The notes: a model not told the origin generated them from the letters alone. 64,000 nt of DNA from Candidatus Methanophagales archaeon (GCA_003336485.1 QENH01000201.1:10704-74703), one strand, 5' to 3'. Numbered from the stretch's first letter, positions 39,130 to 49,196 are shown. Made by a program: numbers and translations.

Positions 39130-40004
39130 ACCCCCATTTCCAGGTTATCAATAGAATCCCAGAAACTTTTATCCGGCAAAAACAGCAGTTCGTAAAATGG
39201 CACCTCGCTTGCTACATCGACACAGAATCCCATCATCTCCCGAAACGTTTCTTTCCTATTCGTCGAAAGCAAAGTATCTGAATACACAACTTCTCTCACG
39301 AATCTTGCTACAAAATCTCTTTCACTGATTTTTTTTATGATATTCGCCTCCCCATGTCGGATTAAAAATATTGCATGCAACGGCACAGATCCATTGCTAA
39401 TATCTAAAAAGTCACCACGAATCGGAGTGCTACCAACCGTATAATGCCCATTTACTTTGTTGACAATCACCGATTCGTCATTCAAAATCGTGTAATCCAA
39501 ATCAGAGGATAATTTAGCTATCGTTGACTTTCCGCTTTCCGAAGGTCCGGAGAATAGGTAGCCAATTCCTTCTCTTGAAACTGCGCAGCCATGTATCAAG
39601 AAGTTATTTCTGCTATCATTTTTTTCTTTCAATAGTGTATAATATACCTGAAACAGAAACTGCTCAAAAATACGTACGCTCCGTTCAGAGAAAAGTGCAT
39701 TTTTTGCATTTATTCGGCATTGCTTTTTTCCCGGATCCAGAGTCCCGGTTATCAAGCCAGAATGGAAATCGAAATTATTCCCGTCAACGGTCTTGGACAT
39801 AAGGAGAGAATTAGGTAGGTTAATCTCTTCTTTATGCATAACGATGTTTACATCTATGGTGAGGTCAGGCGCATTTTCAGATAGGAAGCCCTTATAATAC
39901 GCACGTACCGATGCGCAATAGTCAGGGTCTTTAAACCTTAACGAGCAACATACATCGCCTATTTGCAATCGGCATTCCGTATATTCTATATCGGAATTGG
40001 CCAT
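39126..40004 (-). CDS. HPr kinase/phosphorylase C-terminal-domain-like kinase (RiPP-associated kinase family)
   Basis: 292 aa; HGCAVSREGIGYLFSGPSESGKSTIAKL matches the HprK P-loop region (HG..V...G.G.L..G.SG.GKS); first gene of an overlapping three-gene operon. Confidence 0.65.
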   Translation of the reverse strand: MANSDIEYTECRLQIGDVCCSLRFKDPDYCASVRAYYKGFLSENAPDLTIDVNIVMHKEEINLPNSLLMSKTVDGNNFDFHSGLITGTLDPGKKQCRINAKNALFSERSVRIFEQFLFQVYYTLLKEKNDSRNNFLIHGCAVSREGIGYLFSGPSESGKSTIAKLSSDLDYTILNDESVIVNKVNGHYTVGSTPIRGDFLDISNGSVPLHAIFLIRHGEANIIKKISERDFVARFVREVVYSDTLLSTNRKETFREMMGFCVDVASEVPFYELLFLPDKSFWDSIDNLEMGV

Positions 40005-40065
40005 CTTCCGCTTTTCACCCCCTCGCCCTCAACATTTTTTTTTGTATGTGCTATCCATAGCAGAG

Positions 40066-40073
40066 GTTTTATA
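40066..40073 (-). promoter_or_regulatory. palindromic TATA-like element TTTATAAA ~60 nt upstream of the kinase start
   Basis: Only strong AT box in the 213-bp gap between eno and the kinase gene. Confidence 0.3.
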
Positions 40074-40217
40074 AATAGTTGTAAGTAGATCTAACACGCC
40101 TTTGAAACATATAGAACCATAATAAGAGTTAGAAAATAAATATCCGTATCGACTATGAAAAGATTTTCGCGTCTTCTGGTCCTCACCACTTGTTTGTATA
40201 CTCGAATCAATAAATCA

Positions 40218-41501
40218 TCAAATAATCTTCCTACTCCTCGCCTTCGCACCCATTTCATCCTCGATCCGCACCAATTGATTGTACTTGCATGTGCGTTCGC
40301 TTCGTGCAGGAGCGCCAGTCTTTATTATCTCTGCGTTTATCGCAACAGAGAAATCCGCAATTATCGTATCCTCCGTTTCACCAGACCTGTGGCTGACTAC
40401 TTTCTTGTAGCCGTTTTCGTTCGCTAACTTAACAGTATCTAAAGTTTCCGAAATACTACCTATCTGGTTCAACTTAAGCAGAACGGCATTTGCCGCTTTC
40501 TTCTTTATCCCAGCCGCCAATCGCTTGATATTCGTCACGAAGAGGTCATCGCCCACAATTATCTTCTGCGGCATCTTTGCGGTAATGTCTGCAAACAAGT
40601 CAAATGAATCCTCTTCAAACGGGTCTTCGATCAAAAGTATCGGATACGTATCCACAAGAGCTTGGTAGTAATCAATCATCTCCGAACCTTCTACTGCCTT
40701 ACCATCGATCATGTATTTCCGATTCGCAAGGTCGAAGAAAGAAGAAGCTGCTGCATCCATGCCCAACCGTATTTCAGTCTCAGAATAGCCTGCTTCGTTT
40801 AGCGCTTCTGTAATCGCATCCAATGCCTGAGCAGTCTCTTGCATTGGCGGTGCATACCCGCCTTCATCGCCCACATTCGTGGCGATTTTACCGTATTTCT
40901 TCGCTAACATACCTTTCAATGCGTGATACGTCTCAACACCAGCCCTCAAATTATCGCTGAACCGGTCAAAGCCAATAGGCAAAATAAGAAACTCCTGTAT
41001 GCTCAATTCATTTCCGGCATGCTGACCTCCGTTTATCACGTTCATCATCGGTACTGGCAGCTCATAGTGTAGCTCCATTTCTGCGACATCCTCGCAGATA
41101 TATTCGTATAGCGGTTTCTTTAACGAATTCGCAGCCGCCTTGCAAACCGCCATCGAGGTCCCGAGAATAGCATTTGCACCAAGTTCCGATTTGTTTTCCG
41201 TGCCATCCAGCGCTATTAACCGCGCATCTATTTCACGCTGATTGCGCGCGTCCATACCGGTTATTTCTTTCTTTATTATCGTATTAACAGCCTCAACCGC
41301 TTTGAGAACACCTTTGCCACTATACCTTTTTTTATCGTCATCCCGCTTCTCGCATGCCTCTTTAGTCCCTGTAGATGCCCCAGAAGGTACGCTCGCTCTA
41401 CCAAACCCGCCCTCTATCTGCACTTCTACTTCCACCGTGGGATTGCCACGAGAATCTAAAATCTCCCGCCCTCTTATTTCCTTTATTGTTGTAAGTGTCA
41501 T
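40218..41501 (-). CDS. eno: enolase
   Basis: 427 aa; ILDSRGNPTVEVEV, SHRSGETED and full-length enolase conservation. Confidence 0.95.
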   Translation of the reverse strand: MTLTTIKEIRGREILDSRGNPTVEVEVQIEGGFGRASVPSGASTGTKEACEKRDDDKKRYSGKGVLKAVEAVNTIIKKEITGMDARNQREIDARLIALDGTENKSELGANAILGTSMAVCKAAANSLKKPLYEYICEDVAEMELHYELPVPMMNVINGGQHAGNELSIQEFLILPIGFDRFSDNLRAGVETYHALKGMLAKKYGKIATNVGDEGGYAPPMQETAQALDAITEALNEAGYSETEIRLGMDAAASSFFDLANRKYMIDGKAVEGSEMIDYYQALVDTYPILLIEDPFEEDSFDLFADITAKMPQKIIVGDDLFVTNIKRLAAGIKKKAANAVLLKLNQIGSISETLDTVKLANENGYKKVVSHRSGETEDTIIADFSVAINAEIIKTGAPARSERTCKYNQLVRIEDEMGAKARSRKII

Positions 41502-41616
41502 TTTCCCTCACCGACTAACTAACTACTAACTAATTTATGATTTTATTTATTTATATTTACTTATATCTATCATCTATTCATATCATTACGTTTAGAGTGG
41601 GAGTAGGTAATCCTAG

Positions 41617-43245
41617 ATGAGTGAGAACATGGAAAAAGGAACAACAAGTAAAGTGCTTGTAACCGACAATATCTCAGAAGAGGGGATAAAGAAGCTGCGA
41701 GAGTTTGGGGACGTTGACGTCGAACTGGACTTAAGCAAGGACGATTTAGCGGCACGCATTGCAGACTATGATGCACTGGTGATAAGAAGCGGCACAACAG
41801 TGACGAAGGAGATAATCGATGCCGGCAAACGTTTAAAGGTGATAGGTAGGGCAGGTGTCGGTGTGGACAACATAGATGTGGAAAGCGCGACGGAAAAGGG
41901 GATTATGGTTGTTAATTCGCCCGAGGCAAATACCATCTCTGCTGCGGAGCATACCTTTGCGATGCTACTCAGCATTTCGAGGCAAATACCGGCTGCAAAC
42001 GTATCATTGAAATCAGGCAAATGGGAAAGAAAGAAGCACAAGGGTGTGGAAGTGAACGGCAAGGTATTGGGCACAATCGGTCTGGGAAGAGTAGGGAGCG
42101 AAGTAGCGAAGCGTGCAAAAGGGTTTGGAATGCGAGTTGTTGCATACGACCCGTTTATATCACAGGATAAAGCGAAAGAACTGGGAATTACGCTTTTGGG
42201 CTTTAAGGAGGTACTAGCTACCGCTGATTTTATTACTCTGCATACGCCACTCACAAAGGACACACGCCATATGATCGGTAAGGGCGAGTTCGAGTTGATG
42301 AAGGATGGCGTTCGTGTAATAAATTGCGCTCGTGGCGGCATATTAGATGAGGATGCGCTAAAAGAAGCGATAAAGGGCGGCAAAGTGGCAGGCGCGGCCC
42401 TTGACGTCTTCGAGCAAGAACCACCAAACAATGGCGATTTGCTGGCGCTGGAACAAGTGATCGTTACGCCCCATTTAGGTGCTTCAACAACCGAAGCGCA
42501 GAGAGCTGCTGCTGTTGTCATTGCCGATGAGGTGATAGGTGCGTTAAGGAACAAGCCGGTAAAAAATGCGCTTAATATGTTATATCTCGAAGAGGAGTTA
42601 ATGTATACAGTAAAACCGTATTTAGTGTTAGCCGAGAAACTGGGATTGCTATGCGCACAACTTATCCCGAAATCGCGTCGAATTGAGCAGTTTAACGTTT
42701 CTTATGAAGGTGAATTAGGCGCGGTAGAAGCAGGCATAGGTAAAAACACGAGAATGATAACCGTAGCGCTATTGAAGAACTTTCTTGCTTGGTTCACAGA
42801 TGGAGTGAACTATGTGAATGCCGAGACAATAGCGAAGAAATTCGGGCTTAAAGTTACTGAGAGTAAGACGGAGGGCGTTGAAAATTTCGCTTCCTTGATT
42901 AGCATTACCTTGCGTACAGAGGGCGAGTTTGAAACGACCGTTTCTGGTACGCTATTCGGCAAAGACGATCCGAGAATAGTGCGGATAGATGGGTTTTGGA
43001 TGGATGCGTCTCCGTTGGGCCACATGCTCATATGCGCATTTATAGATAAACCGCGGGTGATAGGGCCGGTTTGCACGATTCTTGGTGACCACAGCATAAA
43101 TATAACCGGGATGCGTGTGGGACGAGAGAAGATAGAGGATGAAGCGGTCATGGTGCTTAATGTTGACAATCCGGTTGCTGGCGATATTATAGAAGATATA
43201 ATGAAGGTAGAGAATGTAATAGATGTAAAGTTGGTGAAACTGTAG
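41617..43245 (+). CDS. serA: D-3-phosphoglycerate dehydrogenase (with ASB and ACT domains)
   Basis: 542 aa; NAD-binding GLGRVGSEVA, catalytic region CARGGILDE, C-terminal ACT domain. Confidence 0.9.
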   Translation: MSENMEKGTTSKVLVTDNISEEGIKKLREFGDVDVELDLSKDDLAARIADYDALVIRSGTTVTKEIIDAGKRLKVIGRAGVGVDNIDVESATEKGIMVVNSPEANTISAAEHTFAMLLSISRQIPAANVSLKSGKWERKKHKGVEVNGKVLGTIGLGRVGSEVAKRAKGFGMRVVAYDPFISQDKAKELGITLLGFKEVLATADFITLHTPLTKDTRHMIGKGEFELMKDGVRVINCARGGILDEDALKEAIKGGKVAGAALDVFEQEPPNNGDLLALEQVIVTPHLGASTTEAQRAAAVVIADEVIGALRNKPVKNALNMLYLEEELMYTVKPYLVLAEKLGLLCAQLIPKSRRIEQFNVSYEGELGAVEAGIGKNTRMITVALLKNFLAWFTDGVNYVNAETIAKKFGLKVTESKTEGVENFASLISITLRTEGEFETTVSGTLFGKDDPRIVRIDGFWMDASPLGHMLICAFIDKPRVIGPVCTILGDHSINITGMRVGREKIEDEAVMVLNVDNPVAGDIIEDIMKVENVIDVKLVKL

Positions 43246-43247
43246 AA

Positions 43248-43619
43248 ATGAAAAAGAGAAGAAGGGTAAAATTTGCACGATATGGCTGGTGGAAGAAGAA
43301 GAAGCTGAGCAAGAGTTGGAGAAGGCCTCGTGGCCATGATAACAAGGTGCGAGAGCATAGAGGAGGAAAACCGGCATGGGTGCAAGTAGGGTATAGAAGG
43401 AAGAAGGAAGATCGTGGGTTGCATCCGTCAGGAATGCACGAAGTGCTTATATTCAATCCAAATGACCTCGCTAAGGCGGATCCAATAGATGAAGTAGCTG
43501 TTCGGATTGCAGCAACAGTAGGGCGACGGAAACGGGAAGTGATAGAAGAGAAAGCTGCTGCGCTTGGTATTAAAGTGCTTAATCCTATGCGACATGTCGG
43601 GTTCGCGACATCCGAATAA
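43248..43619 (+). CDS. rpl32e: 50S ribosomal protein L32e
   Basis: 123 aa; WRRPRGHDNK...VGYR...RGLHPSG...EVL pattern of archaeal L32e; starts 3 nt after the serA stop. Confidence 0.8.
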   Translation: MKKRRRVKFARYGWWKKKKLSKSWRRPRGHDNKVREHRGGKPAWVQVGYRRKKEDRGLHPSGMHEVLIFNPNDLAKADPIDEVAVRIAATVGRRKREVIEEKAAALGIKVLNPMRHVGFATSE

Positions 43620-43637
43620 CGGGAAGTCTGTAGCTAT

Positions 43638-44297
43638 TCACGTGATTACAGTGCCATGATGATCACCGTGAACGGCACCGGTAATATTACGTGGAGTGCG
43701 GCCATCAATAACGATAGTCTCTATTCCGCTCCGTTCTATTATCTTCGCGGCAACGGGATCTATAACAATTCGCGACCCTGCTTTTAACACCTCTTTCATT
43801 GTCAGCGCTACGAGTTCCTTTGCCGTGAGTCGGTCGTATTTCTTCGCGTCCTGATAAATATGCGGGTCAGCATCGTATACGCCGTCTACTGAGGTTACAA
43901 CTATGAGACGGTCTGCACCCACGTATTCAGCGAGAATCGCAGCTACTGCATCTGTTGTGTGTCCTGGGCTCACACCGCCCATTACTGCTATCTTCTTGTC
44001 TTCTTGCACCGCAGCAGCGTCTTTATAATCGTGAAACGGTTCCGGATAGGCGTCTTTTAACGCAGTTATGAGCAATTTCGCATTTATTCGCGTTACCGCT
44101 ATGCCGATATAATCGCAACAGGCTTCGTTCGCACCTAAATCGCGTGCTATCGTTATACTGTCACGTGCTATCACGCCGCCGCCAGTGACTACATATATGG
44201 TGCATGATTTTGCAAGCTCATCTAAGACTGCAGCAAGTGCATTTATGCGTGCTGCATCTGCGAAATATATGCCGCCTATAGAAAATACAACTTTCAT
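43638..44297 (-). CDS. pyrH: UMP kinase (archaeal type)
   Basis: 219 aa; amino-acid-kinase fold with VVTGGG and the UMP-kinase GHTTDAVAAILAE motif. Confidence 0.8.
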   Translation of the reverse strand: MKVVFSIGGIYFADAARINALAAVLDELAKSCTIYVVTGGGVIARDSITIARDLGANEACCDYIGIAVTRINAKLLITALKDAYPEPFHDYKDAAAVQEDKKIAVMGGVSPGHTTDAVAAILAEYVGADRLIVVTSVDGVYDADPHIYQDAKKYDRLTAKELVALTMKEVLKAGSRIVIDPVAAKIIERSGIETIVIDGRTPRNITGAVHGDHHGTVIT

Positions 44298-44412
44298 GGT
44301 CGCTCTTTAATAATAAGCATTACAAGCATTTATTTAAAAAAGAAACAGAAAAGCTTTTAAACTCTGAGTGAGAATAATACATATAAGTTCTTTGAAACTA
44401 AACTTTTAGGGA

Positions 44413-47400
44413 GTGGACGCTATGAAGTCAAATAAGAAATTCACATTTTTAGAGATATTGGTCATAACTTTTTTGGTTATGTGTGTGGTTCCGGTTTGCG
44501 GGTTAAATGATTCTTCAGCTGATATTTCCGCTTATCCAAGTATTGTTAACCCGGGCGATGAAATCAGAGTGACGTTTTCTGGTGTGCCTGGCTTTGAATT
44601 GGACTGGATTGCCATGTATAAGGTTGGTGACCCGAATGAAGGGGAATATGAAGGTGCAGGGTTTTACTTAGAAGGAGAAAAAAGCGGTACGCTAAGCTTC
44701 ACTGCGCCCGATGAGCCAGGCGATTATGACTTTCGGCTCTTTGAAGACGATGGCTATACCGATATTGCCCGAAGTAATATTGTTACGGTGCAAGGGGGGA
44801 CACTGCAAACTTCCGAAGAGGCAACAATTCTTTTTGATGAGAATTTCGATGATGGCTATGCTCCGGGGTTTGGCAATGAAGTTGGAAATTGGGAAGTACA
44901 TCTTTTATACCCGTACACTGGCAAATATACCGCTACGACAGATACCTATAGGTTTTCTATGGCCGGCGACACGAACTGGCAAGATTACGTCATAGAGGCG
45001 GACTTCTTCAATGCGCAGGATGGTGGCTTGCTCGTGCGGGCACAGGATCAAGACAACTGTATCGCTTTGATTGTTCGCCCAAGCTACAACGACATATACT
45101 GGTATGTTAGAAAGGGCGGTATGTGGGCCGATTATAAGGGGCAAGTGACCTTAGGTCATGAGCCTGGAGAAGAGCTACAGGTGAAAGTCAAAGTAGCAGG
45201 CAGCGAGTTTAAAGCTTACGTAAATGATGTACTGAAAACTACATTGGAAAACGCAGAGTTCCCCAAGGGAAAGATAGGTCTCTATCTTTACTACCAACCA
45301 GACCAATACTGGGATAATGTAGTTGTATACAGCAGCGGTGCAACAGGTCCAGCACCCACGCCAACTACACCCACAGAAGGAGGTCTTGTTGGATACTGGA
45401 ATTTCAACGAAGGCAGCGGGAATATAGCTTATGATAGTTCCGGAAGTGGAAATGATGGAACTATTCATGGTGCTACTTTTGTCTCAGGGATCAGTGGTCA
45501 TGCATTGAGTTTTGATGGAAAGGGCAATTATGTTTCTGTGCCGGTGGATATAAATCCAACGGTGATGCCGCAGATGACCATAACCGCCTGGGTTCGAGCC
45601 GATAATGATTCAGGTACCATTGTTTCCCATGACGATGGGGGATTTGATCGCACCATAGATATAGATACACGTGGAGGAGGTAAAGGCTGGTCCGCCTTTA
45701 GTGGTTCAGGGGTTGTAGGATACTCTCCTGTCACAATAGGGGAATGGTTTTTTTTAGCAGCAGTTTACGACCAGAGCGCGGAGACAGTAAAACTATATGT
45801 AAATGGTGCCTTGATAAGCGAAGAAAAAGGCAAGCTCGGATCTGGCTGGGATTATATTAATATTGGGAAGAATCCATCCTTCGGTGATTATTTTTCGGGC
45901 ACGGTTGACGAGGTCATGATCTACAATTATGACCTTACGGAAAGTGAAGTTAAATCCATTTATGTGGGCGGTGAAGCTCCAGAAGAGGAAGAGAGCGGGT
46001 ACGGCGACATAAAGGTCACATATATATCCTGGGAAGAAGTTCAAGAAAAGTACACAGTATCCTATGATGAAACGTTTAAATATGACGACGATGGAGATGG
46101 AGCCAATGAGGCGACATTATATTATAAAGGGGAAAATAATTTGGTCATGTCATCTGATGACACAGATAAAGATGGAAAAGTGGATTTGATATTTCACTAT
46201 GACGATGAGGGATACTTAACTCGTGCAATCCGGGATACAGACGGTGACGGCGAATTTGATCAAATCCTTCATTTCAATAGAGATGAAGAAATTATCAAGG
46301 TGGAAAAAATAAGGTCAGATGATACAAGGAATTCTATTTTATTTATAATTCTCAGCAGTATAATATTTTTCCTTGTAATGTGTTTTTGGCTTTATGTTAC
46401 AAAGAAGCAATCTTGTAATTCAAAAATGAATGATTTGAATTATATGGGAAGAATAAACCACCAACTAGGAAGGAGATTAATTTTAATTTTAATTTCATTT
46501 CTGATTATTTTTGCTTTATTTGTACCTCCTGTTAGCTCGCTGGAAGATGTTATAGATGACGACTGCAATATAATTCAGGATGTTTTTGATAGGGACTGGA
46601 AAAAATACTCTAACTTAGAGAACACGCCGCCGTACACCTTTGAAGAATATCCACTCACGGCGAGAAGCTGGGAAACGCAACAATACTACGCCGCACAATC
46701 AAAAATAGTTGATGCCGAAGTTCAGATATTTTTCCTGAAAAGAGATATGGAAATTGATCGCCATATACGTCTTGAATTGAAAGAATATGAAGAAGCACTT
46801 AAGGATGGGCACAGGAAAAATTTATTGAAGAGTTTCGCTAGATTGTCATTCCTTACAGTTCAGACGGTGTATGAGGCATACGGGGCGGGTAAATCCGTTG
46901 GCAAGTCCTATGTTAATCTGTTCACCACTCCGAGTTCTGTTTCGGCGGCAGGATCAGTGCTCAAAATCACAGATACTTACAACTCTATGGCTCCGCCGGA
47001 TTCATCCGCGCTTGCTAAGAATACACAAAGCATAACCAAATCGGTTGATGCTGTAAGTAAGAATGTAGCTCATGAAGCGTTGGAAAGTCTTGGAGATCCA
47101 ACGAAAGTTGGCACTGAATTGGTTAAGCAGGTGATTGACGCAGTACCAGTACCCCACAAGGCCAAAGACTGGAAGTTGACTGACGACGACTTTAACATTC
47201 TAAGGGAAGAGCATCTCGAGATGAAGGGAATTGGTAAGATAATAGCGAAGAGTTATGAAGTGAACTTAGAAAGGAAAGATAAAGTCAGGGAATTGGAAGC
47301 CCAGATTAAAGAATTGGAAAAAGAACTCGCTGAATGGGAGACAAAGGAGAAGAACAGGGTAAAGGCCTTATTAGTGTATCGTTGCAAGAACGAGAAAAAG

Positions 47401-47832
47401 GAAAAATGCGATTCCGAGCATCTAAGTTTGTGCGATAATGAAAATGATTGTGAAGATGCTGGCGGTTACTGGTATAATAATAATTGTAATGATGAACCTG
47501 AAGAAATAAAAAAAGGAAAAATTGCAATTACCGCTTGCACGACCAGTTGTATTGTGCTTCAGACAGTAAAACTCACTGTAATGGGTATACCAGACGATCA
47601 AATAAGGGTTTGCGCTTCACCTTTAAGTTCACATGTAAAATTCCAAGCGGGTGTAGATGACACACCATACGATGTAACGGATTGTATCATTGACGTGATT
47701 GATGAAGACGGTATCAGGAGGTATGAAGTTAAATTTGACGATTCCGGAACCTTTACAATAAGGGTAACTGTCATAAGTGGTCCTCGTGCATATGACTCGG
47801 ACTCCGTGGAAATATCGGTTTCAAGAGAATAG
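44413..47832 (+). CDS. giant surface protein: DUF1080/LamG-like lectin domains + internal TM hairpin + Cys-rich coiled-coil C-terminal half (possible in-frame fusion of two genes)
   Basis: 1139-aa uninterrupted ORF. N-terminal signal/TM, ConA-like/LamG jelly-roll (GLVGYWNFNEGSG...GTVDEVMIYNYDLTESEV). A TM segment followed by KKQSCNSK, then a second signal-peptide-like segment (MNDLNYMGRINHQLGRRLILILISFLIIFALFVPPVSS) at ~46425. Coding GC drops after ~46300. Confidence 0.55.
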   Translation: MDAMKSNKKFTFLEILVITFLVMCVVPVCGLNDSSADISAYPSIVNPGDEIRVTFSGVPGFELDWIAMYKVGDPNEGEYEGAGFYLEGEKSGTLSFTAPDEPGDYDFRLFEDDGYTDIARSNIVTVQGGTLQTSEEATILFDENFDDGYAPGFGNEVGNWEVHLLYPYTGKYTATTDTYRFSMAGDTNWQDYVIEADFFNAQDGGLLVRAQDQDNCIALIVRPSYNDIYWYVRKGGMWADYKGQVTLGHEPGEELQVKVKVAGSEFKAYVNDVLKTTLENAEFPKGKIGLYLYYQPDQYWDNVVVYSSGATGPAPTPTTPTEGGLVGYWNFNEGSGNIAYDSSGSGNDGTIHGATFVSGISGHALSFDGKGNYVSVPVDINPTVMPQMTITAWVRADNDSGTIVSHDDGGFDRTIDIDTRGGGKGWSAFSGSGVVGYSPVTIGEWFFLAAVYDQSAETVKLYVNGALISEEKGKLGSGWDYINIGKNPSFGDYFSGTVDEVMIYNYDLTESEVKSIYVGGEAPEEEESGYGDIKVTYISWEEVQEKYTVSYDETFKYDDDGDGANEATLYYKGENNLVMSSDDTDKDGKVDLIFHYDDEGYLTRAIRDTDGDGEFDQILHFNRDEEIIKVEKIRSDDTRNSILFIILSSIIFFLVMCFWLYVTKKQSCNSKMNDLNYMGRINHQLGRRLILILISFLIIFALFVPPVSSLEDVIDDDCNIIQDVFDRDWKKYSNLENTPPYTFEEYPLTARSWETQQYYAAQSKIVDAEVQIFFLKRDMEIDRHIRLELKEYEEALKDGHRKNLLKSFARLSFLTVQTVYEAYGAGKSVGKSYVNLFTTPSSVSAAGSVLKITDTYNSMAPPDSSALAKNTQSITKSVDAVSKNVAHEALESLGDPTKVGTELVKQVIDAVPVPHKAKDWKLTDDDFNILREEHLEMKGIGKIIAKSYEVNLERKDKVRELEAQIKELEKELAEWETKEKNRVKALLVYRCKNEKKEKCDSEHLSLCDNENDCEDAGGYWYNNNCNDEPEEIKKGKIAITACTTSCIVLQTVKLTVMGIPDDQIRVCASPLSSHVKFQAGVDDTPYDVTDCIIDVIDEDGIRRYEVKFDDSGTFTIRVTVISGPRAYDSDSVEISVSRE

Positions 47833-47843
47833 GAAGAGGTCTT

Positions 47844-47875
47844 TCCAGACTGCCCACCTTGTTGTGGGGTCTGGA
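47844..47875 (+). terminator. perfect nested hairpin TCCAGACTGCCCAC-cttgtt-GTGGGGTCTGGA just after the giant ORF stop
   Basis: 12+ bp GC-rich stem starting 12 nt after the stop at 47832. No immediate T-run; the nearest (T8) is ~45 nt downstream. Confidence 0.3.
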
Positions 47876-48130
47876 CTTAAACTTGATGAAGGGGGTCGTT
47901 CTTGGATAGATGGCAGGGATTTTTTTTAGTTTGTACATATTCCGGCCGCATCATGATTATTTAGCACACGAAAATTGGACAGATAAAGGTTCGAATTCGC
48001 TCAACGGTGAGAATAGACGCAAGTGGTGATAACGTAAAAGTTTACAACATCGAGAGGCGGTCCAACAATCCAAAATTGCAAGAAAAAGAAAGGCAAATAG
48101 GGCTTTAAATCCAAAAAAGTAAAATTTTTA

Positions 48131-49018
48131 GTGCCAAACGCAATTACGGGACAGCCTCTCGAAGGCTCACCCGATATAAAAAAGGTGAAAGGAGAAGAGG
48201 TAACATTGGCGAGAGATGGTTACCATATCAGAGAACGGTTCTCTCAGCAAAGTTCAGTCTTTCGATCCAGAAAAAGTTTTAAATGAGTTCTTTGATACGA
48301 TTCCCAGCACTACGGATGTTACCAGGCTTAACCTTCGAATGTTTTAGAAGCAACAGAAGTTACAAAAGGCGATTTGACAACTGATTCACTATTTGAGTAC
48401 AATATAATGGCTGGAACGATAATGATAAGCCTGGCAGATGCGGAAGAATTTAGTGGCAATGGCTCTATTGCTTACGTCACATTCAATGTGATTGGTGCTG
48501 CAGATTCAACCTCACCTCTTCAGATTGTTGCACTTGCAGCGAACCGAGCTGAAGATTACGAAGTTCTGACGATTCCTACCAATGATGGTGTGTTTAGAGT
48601 TATATTTATAAGCACGGAGGAAAGTGGAAGTTTGACCGTCCGCATGAGCAACACAACAGGAGCAAACGGAAGTACAGTAGAAGTGCCGATCAACCTTGAA
48701 GGCACCACAGAAATCGGAAGTAGGGACATCGTTTTGAATTATGATGCCGATGTCTTAAGTGCAGTGGATGTCAACGCCGGCGCACTTGGTAAAAACGCGC
48801 TAATCGAAGCGAATACCGCGCGAGAAGGAGAAGTTATAATCGCTCTGGCGGACTCGTCAGGAATAAATGGCGATGGTGCAGTTGCAAGTGTCGCCTTGGA
48901 GGTGATAGGCGATGCCGGCACAACGAGCTATCTAACGTTGGATGAGGTTTTGGTGCATAACCTCGATCTGGGAGAGATAATACCAACTACAGTGAACGGA
49001 ACGTTTGAGGTTATTTGA
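48131..49018 (+). pseudogene. frameshifted tandem-cohesin gene remnant
   Basis: ORF 48374-49018 holds one complete cohesin-like module (VEVPINLEGTTEIGSRDIVLNYDADVLSAV...) and the C-terminal half of another. The missing N-terminal half is recognisable upstream in two other frames (VPNAITGQPLEGSPDI; QSFDPEKVLNEF) with an in-frame TAA at 48327. Confidence 0.55.
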
Positions 49019-49196
49019 GGGGGATTCACTAATAGTGGATGCAATACGGCGTCATTAGTGATAGCAGCAATAATCATCGTTGTAGATAAGGTATATTATT
49101 TCTTTGGTAAAGCTTTCTTTATAACATAAAGTAGAATGAGACACGGTGGTAGATTTTAGCAACCTAAAAATCCAACATCATTTTGGTCCCATAGAT

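Noticed and set aside
37565-40004. Lasso-peptide cluster interpretation (because of the HprK-like kinase + PqqD + nucleotidyltransferase combination)
   Set aside because: No asparagine-synthetase-like lasso cyclase or transglutaminase-type leader peptidase is present. The short ORF lacks the Thr(-2) leader and Gly1/Asp-Glu7-9 core pattern. An rSAM/SPASM-driven modification is more consistent.
41766-42554. 262-aa - strand ORF inside serA
   Set aside because: Antisense to a full-length SerA match; Ser/Thr/Pro-rich.
44413-47832. Splitting the giant ORF into two CDS at ~46425
   Set aside because: No stop codon exists in frame, so two genes cannot be asserted from sequence alone; kept as one feature and flagged as a finding.
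47960-48000. tRNA-like T-loop GGTTCGAATTC
   Set aside because: Flanking sequence cannot form a T-stem, acceptor stem or anticodon arm; isolated motif only.
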